DNA of 34,269 nt. Origin: an uncultured Planctomycetales bacterium (GTDB lineage: Bacteria; Planctomycetota; Phycisphaerae; UBA1845; PWPN01). The notes beneath the pieces are model-generated. The model saw only the letters and a program-made list of their open reading frames with translations, was not told where the DNA came from and did no database searches. Positions 16,118 through 24,001 of the stretch are shown here, one piece after another. The stretch covers positions 1 through 34,269 of the forward strand of contig CAZMVS010000138.1 in the NCBI GenBank assembly GCA_964569525.1. Reading direction: 5' to 3'. Every line of letters begins with the position of its first letter. The stretch's first letter is position 1. A program made the translations under genes and the position numbers.

Positions 16118-17554
16118 ATGTTCAATTGGCTTAAGCGAAATAAGGTATGGGGCGGCTTACCGATTGCGGCTCTGTGTGTTGTTGCGGTGGGTTTGGTTGT
16201 TGCGGCCGAGAAGCAGGAATCAACCATGATGATGAAAAAGTCGGCTGGCGGCCAGACGTATATGAAGGTCGTTATTGAAAAGACCACCGAGCAAATTATG
16301 AAGGAAGATCAGGTGGAAAAGCCCGCGGTGATGCGTCGCCAGCAGGAATTGCTCGAAAGGCGGTATGACCTGAGCGACAATCCATCTGACGTCATGATGT
16401 CGGCGGGGCGCAAACCTGTTCAAAAAGGTGTGCGCGTAAAACTGCCGGAGGGTGTGACTTGGGAAGACTTGTCAAACATGACCCCTGCAGAGATTAAGGA
16501 AAAGGATCTGTTTCCGATGGGATTTCGGCCGCTGCCTCACGTCAAACACGCTGTTGGCGGCCAGGTGTTTCCGGATACCCAGATTGAAGCGATTCGTGAG
16601 GCGGAAGGCCGCGAGCTGAAACGTTTTGATGTAGAGTTCGATTTGCCTGACCACCTGTTACCGGAATATCCCCCCCCGATATTTTTGACAACTCGGCCCG
16701 ACTTGGGCGATGTATCACAAGGTAAAACGCTGACAATCAAGAATTATTACGACCTCATGAAAGGCATCCTGACTCCGGTGCAGATGGAAGGATTGCGGCT
16801 TTTGTTAACGCCTTTCCCACAGCAACAGTTCAACCAGACGGAGGACCGCAAGGTCGAAGAACCCAGTCTGGGTGTAACCTGCCTTGATTGTCACGCAAAC
16901 GGACACACGAACGCCGCCTTCCATTTAAATCCGGATACCCGCCCACAGAATCATCGAATGCGTCTGGATACGGTGAGTTTGCGGGGAATGTATAACCAGC
17001 AGATTCATGGTTCGAAACGATCGCTACGTTCGATCGAGGATTTCACGGAATTCGAACAGCGCAGCGCTTACTTTGATGGCGACCATGTTATTGCCGCGAA
17101 GAAAGGTGTGCATTTGCCGGACCGGGCCAGCCAGGTAGCCATGATGGCCCAGATGCAGAACATTTTTGATTTCCCACCGGCGCCGAAATTGGATGAATAC
17201 GGCAAGCTGATTCCGGCCAAGGCGACGGAAATGGAAATGCTGGGCCAAGAAGTTTTCTTTGGCAAGGGAGGATGTGCCGCCTGCCATCCGGCACCGAGTT
17301 ATCTGAATAACGAGATGAATGATCTGCACCTGGGACGTTTTTACAAGCCTGAAATGATCAGCGATCATTACAGTATTCCGGATGGGCCTATCAAGACTTT
17401 CACGCTTCGAGGGATTAAGGATTCACCGCCATATCATCATGACGGTCGGTTGATGACTCTCGAGGACACAGTAGAGTTTTTCAACTTGGTCATGCAGTTA
17501 AATCTTACCGAAAAGGAGAAGGAGGCTCTGGTCCACTTTATGCGATGCCTCTAA
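16118..17554 (+). CDS. Di-haem cytochrome c peroxidase/MauG-family protein with an N-terminal membrane anchor
   Basis: Two CxxCH motifs (CLDCH, CAACH) and PPYHHDGRLMTLEDTVEFFN, the conserved CCP C-terminal block. The start is moved to ATG 16118 (MFNWLKRNK..., GAAGGAGA SD) because the track's TTG start at 15956 would cover the promoter-like element. Confidence 0.8.
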   Translation: MFNWLKRNKVWGGLPIAALCVVAVGLVVAAEKQESTMMMKKSAGGQTYMKVVIEKTTEQIMKEDQVEKPAVMRRQQELLERRYDLSDNPSDVMMSAGRKPVQKGVRVKLPEGVTWEDLSNMTPAEIKEKDLFPMGFRPLPHVKHAVGGQVFPDTQIEAIREAEGRELKRFDVEFDLPDHLLPEYPPPIFLTTRPDLGDVSQGKTLTIKNYYDLMKGILTPVQMEGLRLLLTPFPQQQFNQTEDRKVEEPSLGVTCLDCHANGHTNAAFHLNPDTRPQNHRMRLDTVSLRGMYNQQIHGSKRSLRSIEDFTEFEQRSAYFDGDHVIAAKKGVHLPDRASQVAMMAQMQNIFDFPPAPKLDEYGKLIPAKATEMEMLGQEVFFGKGGCAACHPAPSYLNNEMNDLHLGRFYKPEMISDHYSIPDGPIKTFTLRGIKDSPPYHHDGRLMTLEDTVEFFNLVMQLNLTEKEKEALVHFMRCL

Positions 17555-17630
17555 ACCGTCGGAGGTTTGTGATAAAGAGGGTGTGAGCGTATTTAGTTCT
17601 TTATTCTTTTTAAAAGGTCAGAGGATTGTA

Positions 17631-18446
17631 ATGAGCACAACCAAGACTTTAACAAAAACCCCCGTGGCACAGGCACGAACATCAAGGGATCACAAGTGGT
17701 ATTGTCCCGATGCGCGGATTCGCTCAGAGAAAGCCGCCCGACAGGCCCAACAAATTGCGCGATGGACATGGAGCGAGGACGGCCTGGAGGAGGAACCGAC
17801 GGAAGAAACACTTTTTCGAGCTTTGCACACCTGCGCGTATCGCGCAGAAAAATTGAGGCGAACAAACGGTGAGACTGGTGCAGAAAAAAAGAGATGGGAT
17901 CACTGTTGGGAGAGTATTCGCGAACACATTGTTAGGAAAAACACGGGCTTGGTTTATTCCATGATTAATCGCGTGGGGGCCAATACGCAAAACGAGGATG
18001 ACCTTATCAGTGAAGGCATGTACAGCTTGTCTCGAGCGGTGGAGCGATTTAATCCAACCAAAGGGTATCGGTTCAGCACCTATGCCTGTAATGCTATTGT
18101 TCGTTCCCTGCTCCGTCGTGGCCAGCGGGAAAACCGCTATCGACAGCGTTTTCCCGTGCAGTATGATGCGGAATTGGAGCGGCCGACAGATGATGATAGT
18201 GACGATTTTCAAACTGATTTATATGTGGAGCGGCTGCAAAAAGTATTGGACGGAAATTTGGCGGACCTGACCGAGTGTGAATGGCGGGTGCTTGCCAGGC
18301 GGTTTCCCCGCGACCAGAAGTCGCGAATGACTTTAAAGGAGATCGGCGAGCAGGTAGGCGTTAGCAAGGAGCGTGTTCGCCAGATCCAGACTAACGCCTT
18401 GGGCAAGTTGCGCATGGTTTTACGCCGGGATCCGATCCTGAAATAA
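17631..18446 (+). CDS. Sigma-70-family RNA polymerase sigma factor with an N-terminal extension of about 100 aa
   Basis: Region 2 is EDDLISEGMYSLSRAVERFNPTKGYRFSTYACNAIVRSL and region 4 HTH is LKEIGEQVGVSKERVRQIQTNALGKLR. ATG 17631 is preceded by GAGGA. Confidence 0.85.
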   Translation: MSTTKTLTKTPVAQARTSRDHKWYCPDARIRSEKAARQAQQIARWTWSEDGLEEEPTEETLFRALHTCAYRAEKLRRTNGETGAEKKRWDHCWESIREHIVRKNTGLVYSMINRVGANTQNEDDLISEGMYSLSRAVERFNPTKGYRFSTYACNAIVRSLLRRGQRENRYRQRFPVQYDAELERPTDDDSDDFQTDLYVERLQKVLDGNLADLTECEWRVLARRFPRDQKSRMTLKEIGEQVGVSKERVRQIQTNALGKLRMVLRRDPILK

Positions 18447-18505
18447 GGATGTGCTTTAATTTCGCGACGGAATCGGCCCGAAACATACAATTACATTCGG
18501 TTCCA

Positions 18506-18545
18506 CGCCCGCGTAGAAAATAAATTACGCGGGCGGTTATTTGTC
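18506..18545 (+). terminator. Rho-independent terminator candidate
   Basis: Perfect 10-bp stem cgcccgcgta / tacgcgggcg (18506..18515 and 18526..18535), a 10-nt loop, then gttatttgtc. It lies 60 nt after the sigma factor stop. Confidence 0.6.
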
Positions 18546-18607
18546 ACGGTCGAATCGATGCTTAAAGTTATAAAGATCAAAGTTTACAGGAAAATGGAGG
18601 TGAGCTG

Positions 18608-18952
18608 ATGAGTGCGGATAAATTGGCTGACAAAAAATGCGTACCTTGTAGCGGAGGTATTCCGCCGTTGAAAGGCGATGCTTTGGTCCAGATGCACAAG
18701 CAAGTTCATTCAGATTGGCAGGTGATCGACGAGCATCACCTTGTTCGGGTATTAAAATTCAACGATTTTGCCGAAGCCTTGGACTTTACCAATCAGATTG
18801 GCCGGTTGGCTGAAGAAGAGGGCCATCACCCGGATATTCTACTTTCCTATGGTCAGGTAAAGGTGACTTTGCTTACGCATAAGATTGATGGTTTGAGCGA
18901 AAGCGATTTTATCCTGGCCGCCAAGATCGATCAGCTTTATGGTGGGGCATAA
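18608..18952 (+). CDS. Pterin-4a-carbinolamine dehydratase (PCD/DCoH family), copy 1
   Basis: 114 aa with FNDFAEALDFTNQIGRLAEEEGHHPDILLSYGQVKVTLLTH and an N-terminal CVPC. GGAGGTGAG SD upstream. Confidence 0.85.
   Translation: MSADKLADKKCVPCSGGIPPLKGDALVQMHKQVHSDWQVIDEHHLVRVLKFNDFAEALDFTNQIGRLAEEEGHHPDILLSYGQVKVTLLTHKIDGLSESDFILAAKIDQLYGGA
18904..18931 (+). repeat. 28-nt stretch identical to 19875..19902
   Basis: cgattttatcctggccgccaagatcgat occurs in both PCD paralogues and encodes DFILAAKID. Confidence 0.95.
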
Positions 18953-19023
18953 CGTGCATTGTATTGAGCTTGGTATGATCGTGCGAGATCGAAAGACGCA
19001 ATTGCCATAAAAAAGGATCTGTC

Positions 19024-19473
19024 ATGAAACATGCATTTATAATATTGTCAGGTATCCTCCTGGTTATATTGCCGGCAGGTTGTGGTGTGATCGGTACTTT
19101 TTTGGATGTTTTCCAGCCGAATGAAACGACGGTAAACTTGGTGAACAATGCCGATTATCCGGTCAGGGTGTTGCTGTATTATGACGACGAACAGGATGCC
19201 CCTGAGGAATTTATAAAAGAGTTCGGAACCGAGCGGCAAATTACCATTGAGGCGGGTGCGCAACAAAGCTTTTCTCGCGACTGTGAAGAATTGCAAGCCA
19301 TTTTCATCGAAAATGCCGAGCTGCGCATTATAGGGGAAATCGGCCCAGAGGCGGCGACCGGCGTCCATCGCGACGGCGAGGATTTCAATTGTGGCGATAC
19401 GATCAATTTTACCTTTGACCATTCGGCTATACTTACAGACTTTGATGTAATAGTGGAAGTTGTCAACGGGTAA
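19024..19473 (+). CDS. Lipoprotein, function unknown
   Basis: 149 aa with the signal peptide plus lipobox MKHAFIILSGILLVILPAGC. Confidence 0.6.
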   Translation: MKHAFIILSGILLVILPAGCGVIGTFLDVFQPNETTVNLVNNADYPVRVLLYYDDEQDAPEEFIKEFGTERQITIEAGAQQSFSRDCEELQAIFIENAELRIIGEIGPEAATGVHRDGEDFNCGDTINFTFDHSAILTDFDVIVEVVNG

Positions 19474-19578
19474 GATACATCCGTCAGTGCCGTTGGTGCG
19501 CAAGCTTGTATGTTTTCCATGTATAAAATATCTGATTGTTTGATGGAGGTTTTCGGCGGAACCGAAAGGGAGTAATCT

Positions 19579-19914
19579 ATGAATACCGGAAATTTATCTG
19601 CAAACCAATGTACGCCATATACCGGGGGAGTTCCGCCGTTGCGGGGGGATGCGCTGGAAATGGTGCGTTGCCAGTTGGGCAAAGACTGGCAGGCCGTCAA
19701 CGAACATCACTTGGAAAAAGAGTTTACCTTTGATGATTTTGCCCAAGCCTTGGAGTTCACCAACAAAGTTGGGCAGCTGGCGGAGCAACAAAAGCATCAT
19801 CCCGATATCAAGCTTTCCTATGGCAAAGTTTTAATTCGGCTATGGACGCGCGCGGTAAATGGTATGACGGATAACGATTTTATCCTGGCCGCCAAGATCG
19901 ATGAATTAGAATAA
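19579..19914 (+). CDS. Pterin-4a-carbinolamine dehydratase (PCD/DCoH family), copy 2
   Basis: 111 aa with FDDFAQALEFTNKVGQLAEQQKHHPDIKLSYGKVLIRLWT. Roughly half the residues are identical to copy 1 by eye. The N-terminal CxxC is degenerated to CTPY. Confidence 0.85.
   Translation: MNTGNLSANQCTPYTGGVPPLRGDALEMVRCQLGKDWQAVNEHHLEKEFTFDDFAQALEFTNKVGQLAEQQKHHPDIKLSYGKVLIRLWTRAVNGMTDNDFILAAKIDELE
19875..19902 (+). repeat. 28-nt stretch identical to 18904..18931
   Basis: See 18904..18931. Confidence 0.95.
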
Positions 19915-19981
19915 TAGAAGATATTTGCTCGGCAAATGTCTGACCGGCCTAACAAATCACTTTCTGCACTAAATATTATCC

Positions 19982-20009
19982 ATGCACAGCTTGGAAACAA
20001 ACTGTGCAT
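19982..20009 (-). terminator. Hairpin between convergent genes (possible terminator of the five-gene operon)
   Basis: 8-bp stem atgcacag / ctgtgcat with a 12-nt loop, immediately after the stop at 20011..20013 on the minus strand. The following U-tract is only weak. Confidence 0.35.
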
Positions 20010-20010
20010 A

Positions 20011-21081
20011 CTAGATAATTCGGCTTTGCTTTTCGTCCACCATGCGAGTATCTGCCTGAATCCATGATCTAAAAATGTCAGCCAATCTGCCGCTTGAAAT
20101 TGGCGTAGCACCTTGCAAAAGTTGCATTTCGATTTTTTTATAAAAACGAGCTATTCTGTCGAGGCCCTCAATATCCAACCGGCGGTACAGCTCCGAGGTC
20201 AGCCGGACAATGCGCTCGGGTTGTTTTTGCTTCCAGAATTTTTTCAACAATTCGAACCATGCAGGCGCATGTTCGATGGGGCGGTCCGACAATGCATCTG
20301 TGTTTATAATGGTAATAGGCTGACCGGCAATTAGTCGCTGCAAGTTAGCCGGTTTTTCCGGCAGCCAGGTTACCTGCATTTGTCTTTGAGGCGAGTAATT
20401 TAAACCACAGGAGGCGGCGACTTGGGGGCGGATTTTTGCAGGCAACGCTAGCAAGGCCCATTGCAGTATATCGCGTGGATCATTTACTCCGATGATTAAC
20501 AGGGACTCACCTGCCAGCAGAAGATCCGCCAGTGACCAAATTGCCTCCGACATTATTCCGCTCGGCAAGTTACATTTTTCCGCCGGATCGATATCATATT
20601 CCGCGTCTTGTCCGCAAATGGAAAAAGGCTCGAAATATCTTTGTGGTTTGAGCAGTGGGCCCTGGTGGTTGATATGCGTATTAAGCAAGCGCCACAAGGC
20701 CAACGGATCCTCGCCGAGGCAGCGGTAAGTTTTAGGATCCACCAGCAAGAGATGCGAATAAACCCGCTGGCCGCCGCGGGAGGTGTGCTCTCTGCCGGCA
20801 TAACAGCTGCAGATAATAATTTGTCGGCCGGTAGAGGCTTGCCAAGTGGCAAAGCCTTTCGCTTCGGAGAAGTTTGAACTCAGTCCACCATGAGAAGGCG
20901 CCCGCCGTAGGATTTCCGCTTTTTCTTCAGGCGTAACACCTGCACTAGCGGCGATGATCCGGTAGCCCTCGCCGGTCGGCGAGCGCACCGAGGTGAACAC
21001 TGCCTGGTCGGCGGAAAGAGTCGGTGATTCCTTGCGGGTTAAGATTTCCGGACACGTGATTACAGCTGATTGATCGTCCAT
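20011..21081 (-). CDS. Hypothetical protein with a GAP1-like (GTPase-associated protein) N-terminal motif
   Basis: 356 aa. The start overlaps the GTPase gene by 22 nt. The N-terminal QAVFTSVRSPTGEGYRIIAASAGVTPEEK matches the [Q-x-h-F/Y-T-S ... G-x-G-aromatic-R/Q-h-h-A-x-S-x-G-h] signature I recall for GAP1 N-terminal domains. No signal peptide. Confidence 0.75.
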   Translation of the reverse strand: MDDQSAVITCPEILTRKESPTLSADQAVFTSVRSPTGEGYRIIAASAGVTPEEKAEILRRAPSHGGLSSNFSEAKGFATWQASTGRQIIICSCYAGREHTSRGGQRVYSHLLLVDPKTYRCLGEDPLALWRLLNTHINHQGPLLKPQRYFEPFSICGQDAEYDIDPAEKCNLPSGIMSEAIWSLADLLLAGESLLIIGVNDPRDILQWALLALPAKIRPQVAASCGLNYSPQRQMQVTWLPEKPANLQRLIAGQPITIINTDALSDRPIEHAPAWFELLKKFWKQKQPERIVRLTSELYRRLDIEGLDRIARFYKKIEMQLLQGATPISSGRLADIFRSWIQADTRMVDEKQSRII

Positions 21082-21947
21082 TGGAACGGCTCCAAAATGC
21101 CCTGCAACGCGGTATGCAGGGGAATGGGAGTGACGTAATCTTCCTGGGGCGAGGCGGCGTATCCCAATCCGCCGACCACGCTGCAGGCAAAGAACTCAAT
21201 GTTTGCAAAGCGGCTTTCACACAGGTTCCACAGGCGATGCAGATTGGCTTGGGCGAATCTCCGGGGATCATCAAAGCACTCTGGGCAATAATCCGCTTTG
21301 CAAAGCACGATTGCTAAAGGCATCTTAAGGCGTTGGTTTCGCTTGGAGGCATAGAGTGAGTCGATGTAGCTGAGCATCTTCACTCCGAAAAAGTCGGGCT
21401 GCGAGGAACCATTGGCCGCCAAGGCGGCATCTACCAGCAGCATGGAACCCGCGGAACGAAGCAGCAAGTCGCGAATCACTTTGAAGGTATTAGGTGCGGA
21501 CACCTCCGCCGCCAGGGACTCGCCGGCCATGTCGGGCATCAGCAGATCAATCCATTTGGCTTTGGGCGAACGTTGGTAGATCTGGTAATAAGCCCAATAC
21601 CACTGGTTCATTTCCATGGGCGTTTTGGGCGGAAAGCAGCGGTGGGCCATGTGGCTGATCACGTTTTGCTGCAACTCGATAGAGTAAGCGCCGCGAGGGA
21701 TGGCTTCATAATTGGCCACCCGTTGGGTGAGCATGTCCAACAGGAAGCCGAGATACACCGTTTTGCCGACGTTGCTCTCACCGATAATGCTGACGATTTG
21801 CGGCTCGCGTTGCTGGGCGACGATGTCACGGGCCAACGCCATGGGTGCCCCGCACTCAATGCAGACCGCCGCGTCGGACATGTTCTTGGTGCCACAAATT
21901 AGGCAGCTTGTTCCGGTTACAGTTGCAGTTTTGGCCGGACTCACCAT
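21060..21947 (-). CDS. Zinc-ribbon-fused P-loop GTPase (TRAFAC-like)
   Basis: 295 aa. Zinc ribbon CLIC...CIEC (near 21852..21905), G1 GESNVGKT (near 21759..21782), G3 DMAGE, a G4-like LCKAD, and a possible G5 FACSVV. AAAGGAGG SD upstream. Confidence 0.8.
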   Translation of the reverse strand: MVSPAKTATVTGTSCLICGTKNMSDAAVCIECGAPMALARDIVAQQREPQIVSIIGESNVGKTVYLGFLLDMLTQRVANYEAIPRGAYSIELQQNVISHMAHRCFPPKTPMEMNQWYWAYYQIYQRSPKAKWIDLLMPDMAGESLAAEVSAPNTFKVIRDLLLRSAGSMLLVDAALAANGSSQPDFFGVKMLSYIDSLYASKRNQRLKMPLAIVLCKADYCPECFDDPRRFAQANLHRLWNLCESRFANIEFFACSVVGGLGYAASPQEDYVTPIPLHTALQGILEPFQWTINQL

Positions 21948-21959
21948 AAGCCTCCTTTA

Positions 21960-22964
21960 TCAAGCAGAACCGGCGTTCAATGCACAACGAAAACCGACGT
22001 TGTGAGACCGCGTCAGGCTGGGCAGCCCGGTACGGAAATAACTGGTGGCCTGGTTTGGGAAGTAAGTATCGAAGCCCCCCCCGCGAATACTCTTGAGCAG
22101 CATATCGCCGACCACGGGCCGACCCTCGTCGTCCGTTACCTGGAAATCCGCAGCCGTCCATTCCCATACGTTCCCGATTAATTGCAGGACACCGTTGGGG
22201 GCGGCTCCGGAAGGATAGGCATCGACCGGCGCGGTGCCGCAAAGTCCCGAGGCCCAGATGTTGCATCGCTCGGTATCCAGGGCATCACCCCACGGATAAC
22301 GGCGGAGTATTTGAGCGGAACTGCGGATCCGCCAACTGGCCGCCATTTGCCATTCTGCTTCGCTGGGTAAACGGTAACCGGCCCAGCGGGCATAGGCGGC
22401 GGCTTCGTAATAGCAGATACCCACGACGGGATGATGGGCAAGGCGGTGATCATGTCGGCCCTGTCGCCAGAAACGCGGGCCGGGATTGCCCGTTTGATCC
22501 ACGAAATCGATCAAGTGCGGCCAAATTTCCTTGGGCCAAAGTTCGAGTTGTTCATAAGCGCCGTCGTCCACAAAGTGTTGAAACTGTTGGCAGGTAACCG
22601 CGCAGCGAGCGAGCAGAAAGGGTTCGGTCTCACTATTCGTTTCTGAACAGCCCGGCTCGTCGTTGACCGTCTGCGGCAGGGAGACGAATCCCTCCGGGAC
22701 CAGGGCGAAGCGTTCGTCGATGGTCTCGAAAGAAGAACGAACGATTTGCTGCCCCTTGGCGTGGTTTTTCCATTGTTGTGGATCAGCGGCAATCAATCCG
22801 TAACGTTCTTGGTGGAAATAACGGCTTAATTCATCATCGGGAAACTTGATATTACGTGCGGGTTGATAGTTTCTTGGATCCCAATGCGAGGCGAATGGTT
22901 GAGACTTGCCGCCAGCGGTAGATTTGCGTTGTTTCTTCTTTTTAGACAAAAGACCCAGAGGCAT
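21960..22964 (-). CDS. FGE/SUMF1-fold (formylglycine-generating-enzyme-like) domain protein, cytoplasmic, lacking the catalytic cysteine pair
   Basis: 334 aa with YYEAAAYARWAGYRLPSEAEWQMAA, GNVWEWTAADF, IRGGGF and NVGFRCA, which are the family blocks. No signal peptide. GGAAGGGAGA SD upstream. Confidence 0.85.
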   Translation of the reverse strand: MPLGLLSKKKKQRKSTAGGKSQPFASHWDPRNYQPARNIKFPDDELSRYFHQERYGLIAADPQQWKNHAKGQQIVRSSFETIDERFALVPEGFVSLPQTVNDEPGCSETNSETEPFLLARCAVTCQQFQHFVDDGAYEQLELWPKEIWPHLIDFVDQTGNPGPRFWRQGRHDHRLAHHPVVGICYYEAAAYARWAGYRLPSEAEWQMAASWRIRSSAQILRRYPWGDALDTERCNIWASGLCGTAPVDAYPSGAAPNGVLQLIGNVWEWTAADFQVTDDEGRPVVGDMLLKSIRGGGFDTYFPNQATSYFRTGLPSLTRSHNVGFRCALNAGSA

Positions 22965-22999
22965 CAGGCTTTCTCCCTTCCATATTCAGCGGGTGGTTA

Positions 23000-24001
23000 T
23001 CAGGCACCGATGGCCCGACGCTTGGCATCCCGACACAGTTTCTGAAATCGTTGCAGGGAACTGCGGGCTTGTTCGTCTTCGATGCGGGGGACGTCCTTGT
23101 CTGCGGATTGTCCATCGCCCGAAGAATTCCCGCTGGCACCGTATTTGGGCAGTAATTCGCTTTTCTGTTCGGAAACCTTTTCCAACTCGTCTTTGAGCTG
23201 ATTCTGCAGGCTGGTAAGGTTGTCTTTGGCGGCGTTCAATTCCTCCATGCGAGCGGACCATTCCTGCTTCATCTGTTCTAATTCCGATCGATCCTGCTGG
23301 ATGGTTTGTTCCTGTTGTTTGAGCGAGTCGGCCAACTCCGCCAATTCTTTTTCCTTGCCTTGGAGTAGTTCTCGCTGTTCCTCGAGGGTAAATTGGGCTT
23401 CTTCCAGTTGCCGGCGCTGTTCAGCCAGGGAAGACTGTTCCGATTCATAAGCGGTTTGCTGTTTTTCGAAGCGGCTGGCTTCGTCTTGAATGGCTTCACG
23501 CTTTTGCTGTAACTGGTGATCCTGCTCGTCGAGTTCGGATCGGCGGGGTTTCAATTCCTCTTGCTGACTGTCAATGTCCTCCTGCAATTGGAGAACCTCA
23601 TTTTCACGGCTTTGAAGGTTGTCTTCTCTTTGTTGGAGTTCGTTTTCCTGTGCGAGCAGCTGGTCGGATCGCTGTTGCAGATCGCTTTCCCGGTCGGCCC
23701 GCTGCTGTTCAGTTTCTTCCACTTTCTGTTCTCGACGGGCGACTTCCTGTTCCCTGGATTCCAGCGTCTGGCATAATTCGTTTTCGTATTGGCTAAGCTC
23801 CTCGCGTTCCTGGATCAATTGTTGATGGTGGGTTTCGAGGGCCGTTCGGCAGGATTCCAAAGCCTCGGCCCGCGCCTGCAGCAGTTCCCGCACGTCCTGC
23901 ATTACGGTGATAATGTCTTTCCCTAAACTTTCCATTTGATCCACCGGAGGCAGATCGACCGTCTCCAATTCCAGGTTTTGTTGTGCAATCTGGTTCATCA
24001 T
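23000..24001 (-). CDS. Q/E-rich coiled-coil protein
   Basis: I prefer ATG 24001..23999 (MMNQIAQQN...), which overlaps the upstream stop as ATGA and follows AAGGGGA. About 250 aa are heptad-like (LQQRSDQLLAQENELQQREDNLQSRENEVLQLQ...). Basic C-terminus QRFQKLCRDAKRRAIGA. Confidence 0.7.
   Translation of the reverse strand: MMNQIAQQNLELETVDLPPVDQMESLGKDIITVMQDVRELLQARAEALESCRTALETHHQQLIQEREELSQYENELCQTLESREQEVARREQKVEETEQQRADRESDLQQRSDQLLAQENELQQREDNLQSRENEVLQLQEDIDSQQEELKPRRSELDEQDHQLQQKREAIQDEASRFEKQQTAYESEQSSLAEQRRQLEEAQFTLEEQRELLQGKEKELAELADSLKQQEQTIQQDRSELEQMKQEWSARMEELNAAKDNLTSLQNQLKDELEKVSEQKSELLPKYGASGNSSGDGQSADKDVPRIEDEQARSSLQRFQKLCRDAKRRAIGA

Noticed and set aside
15832-16287. 151-aa minus-strand ORF, and the TTG-15956 N-terminal extension of the peroxidase ORF
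   Set aside because: Both cover AT-rich non-coding-looking DNA and the sigma-54-like element. ATG 16118 has a GAAGGAGA SD and begins with a sensible membrane-anchor sequence.
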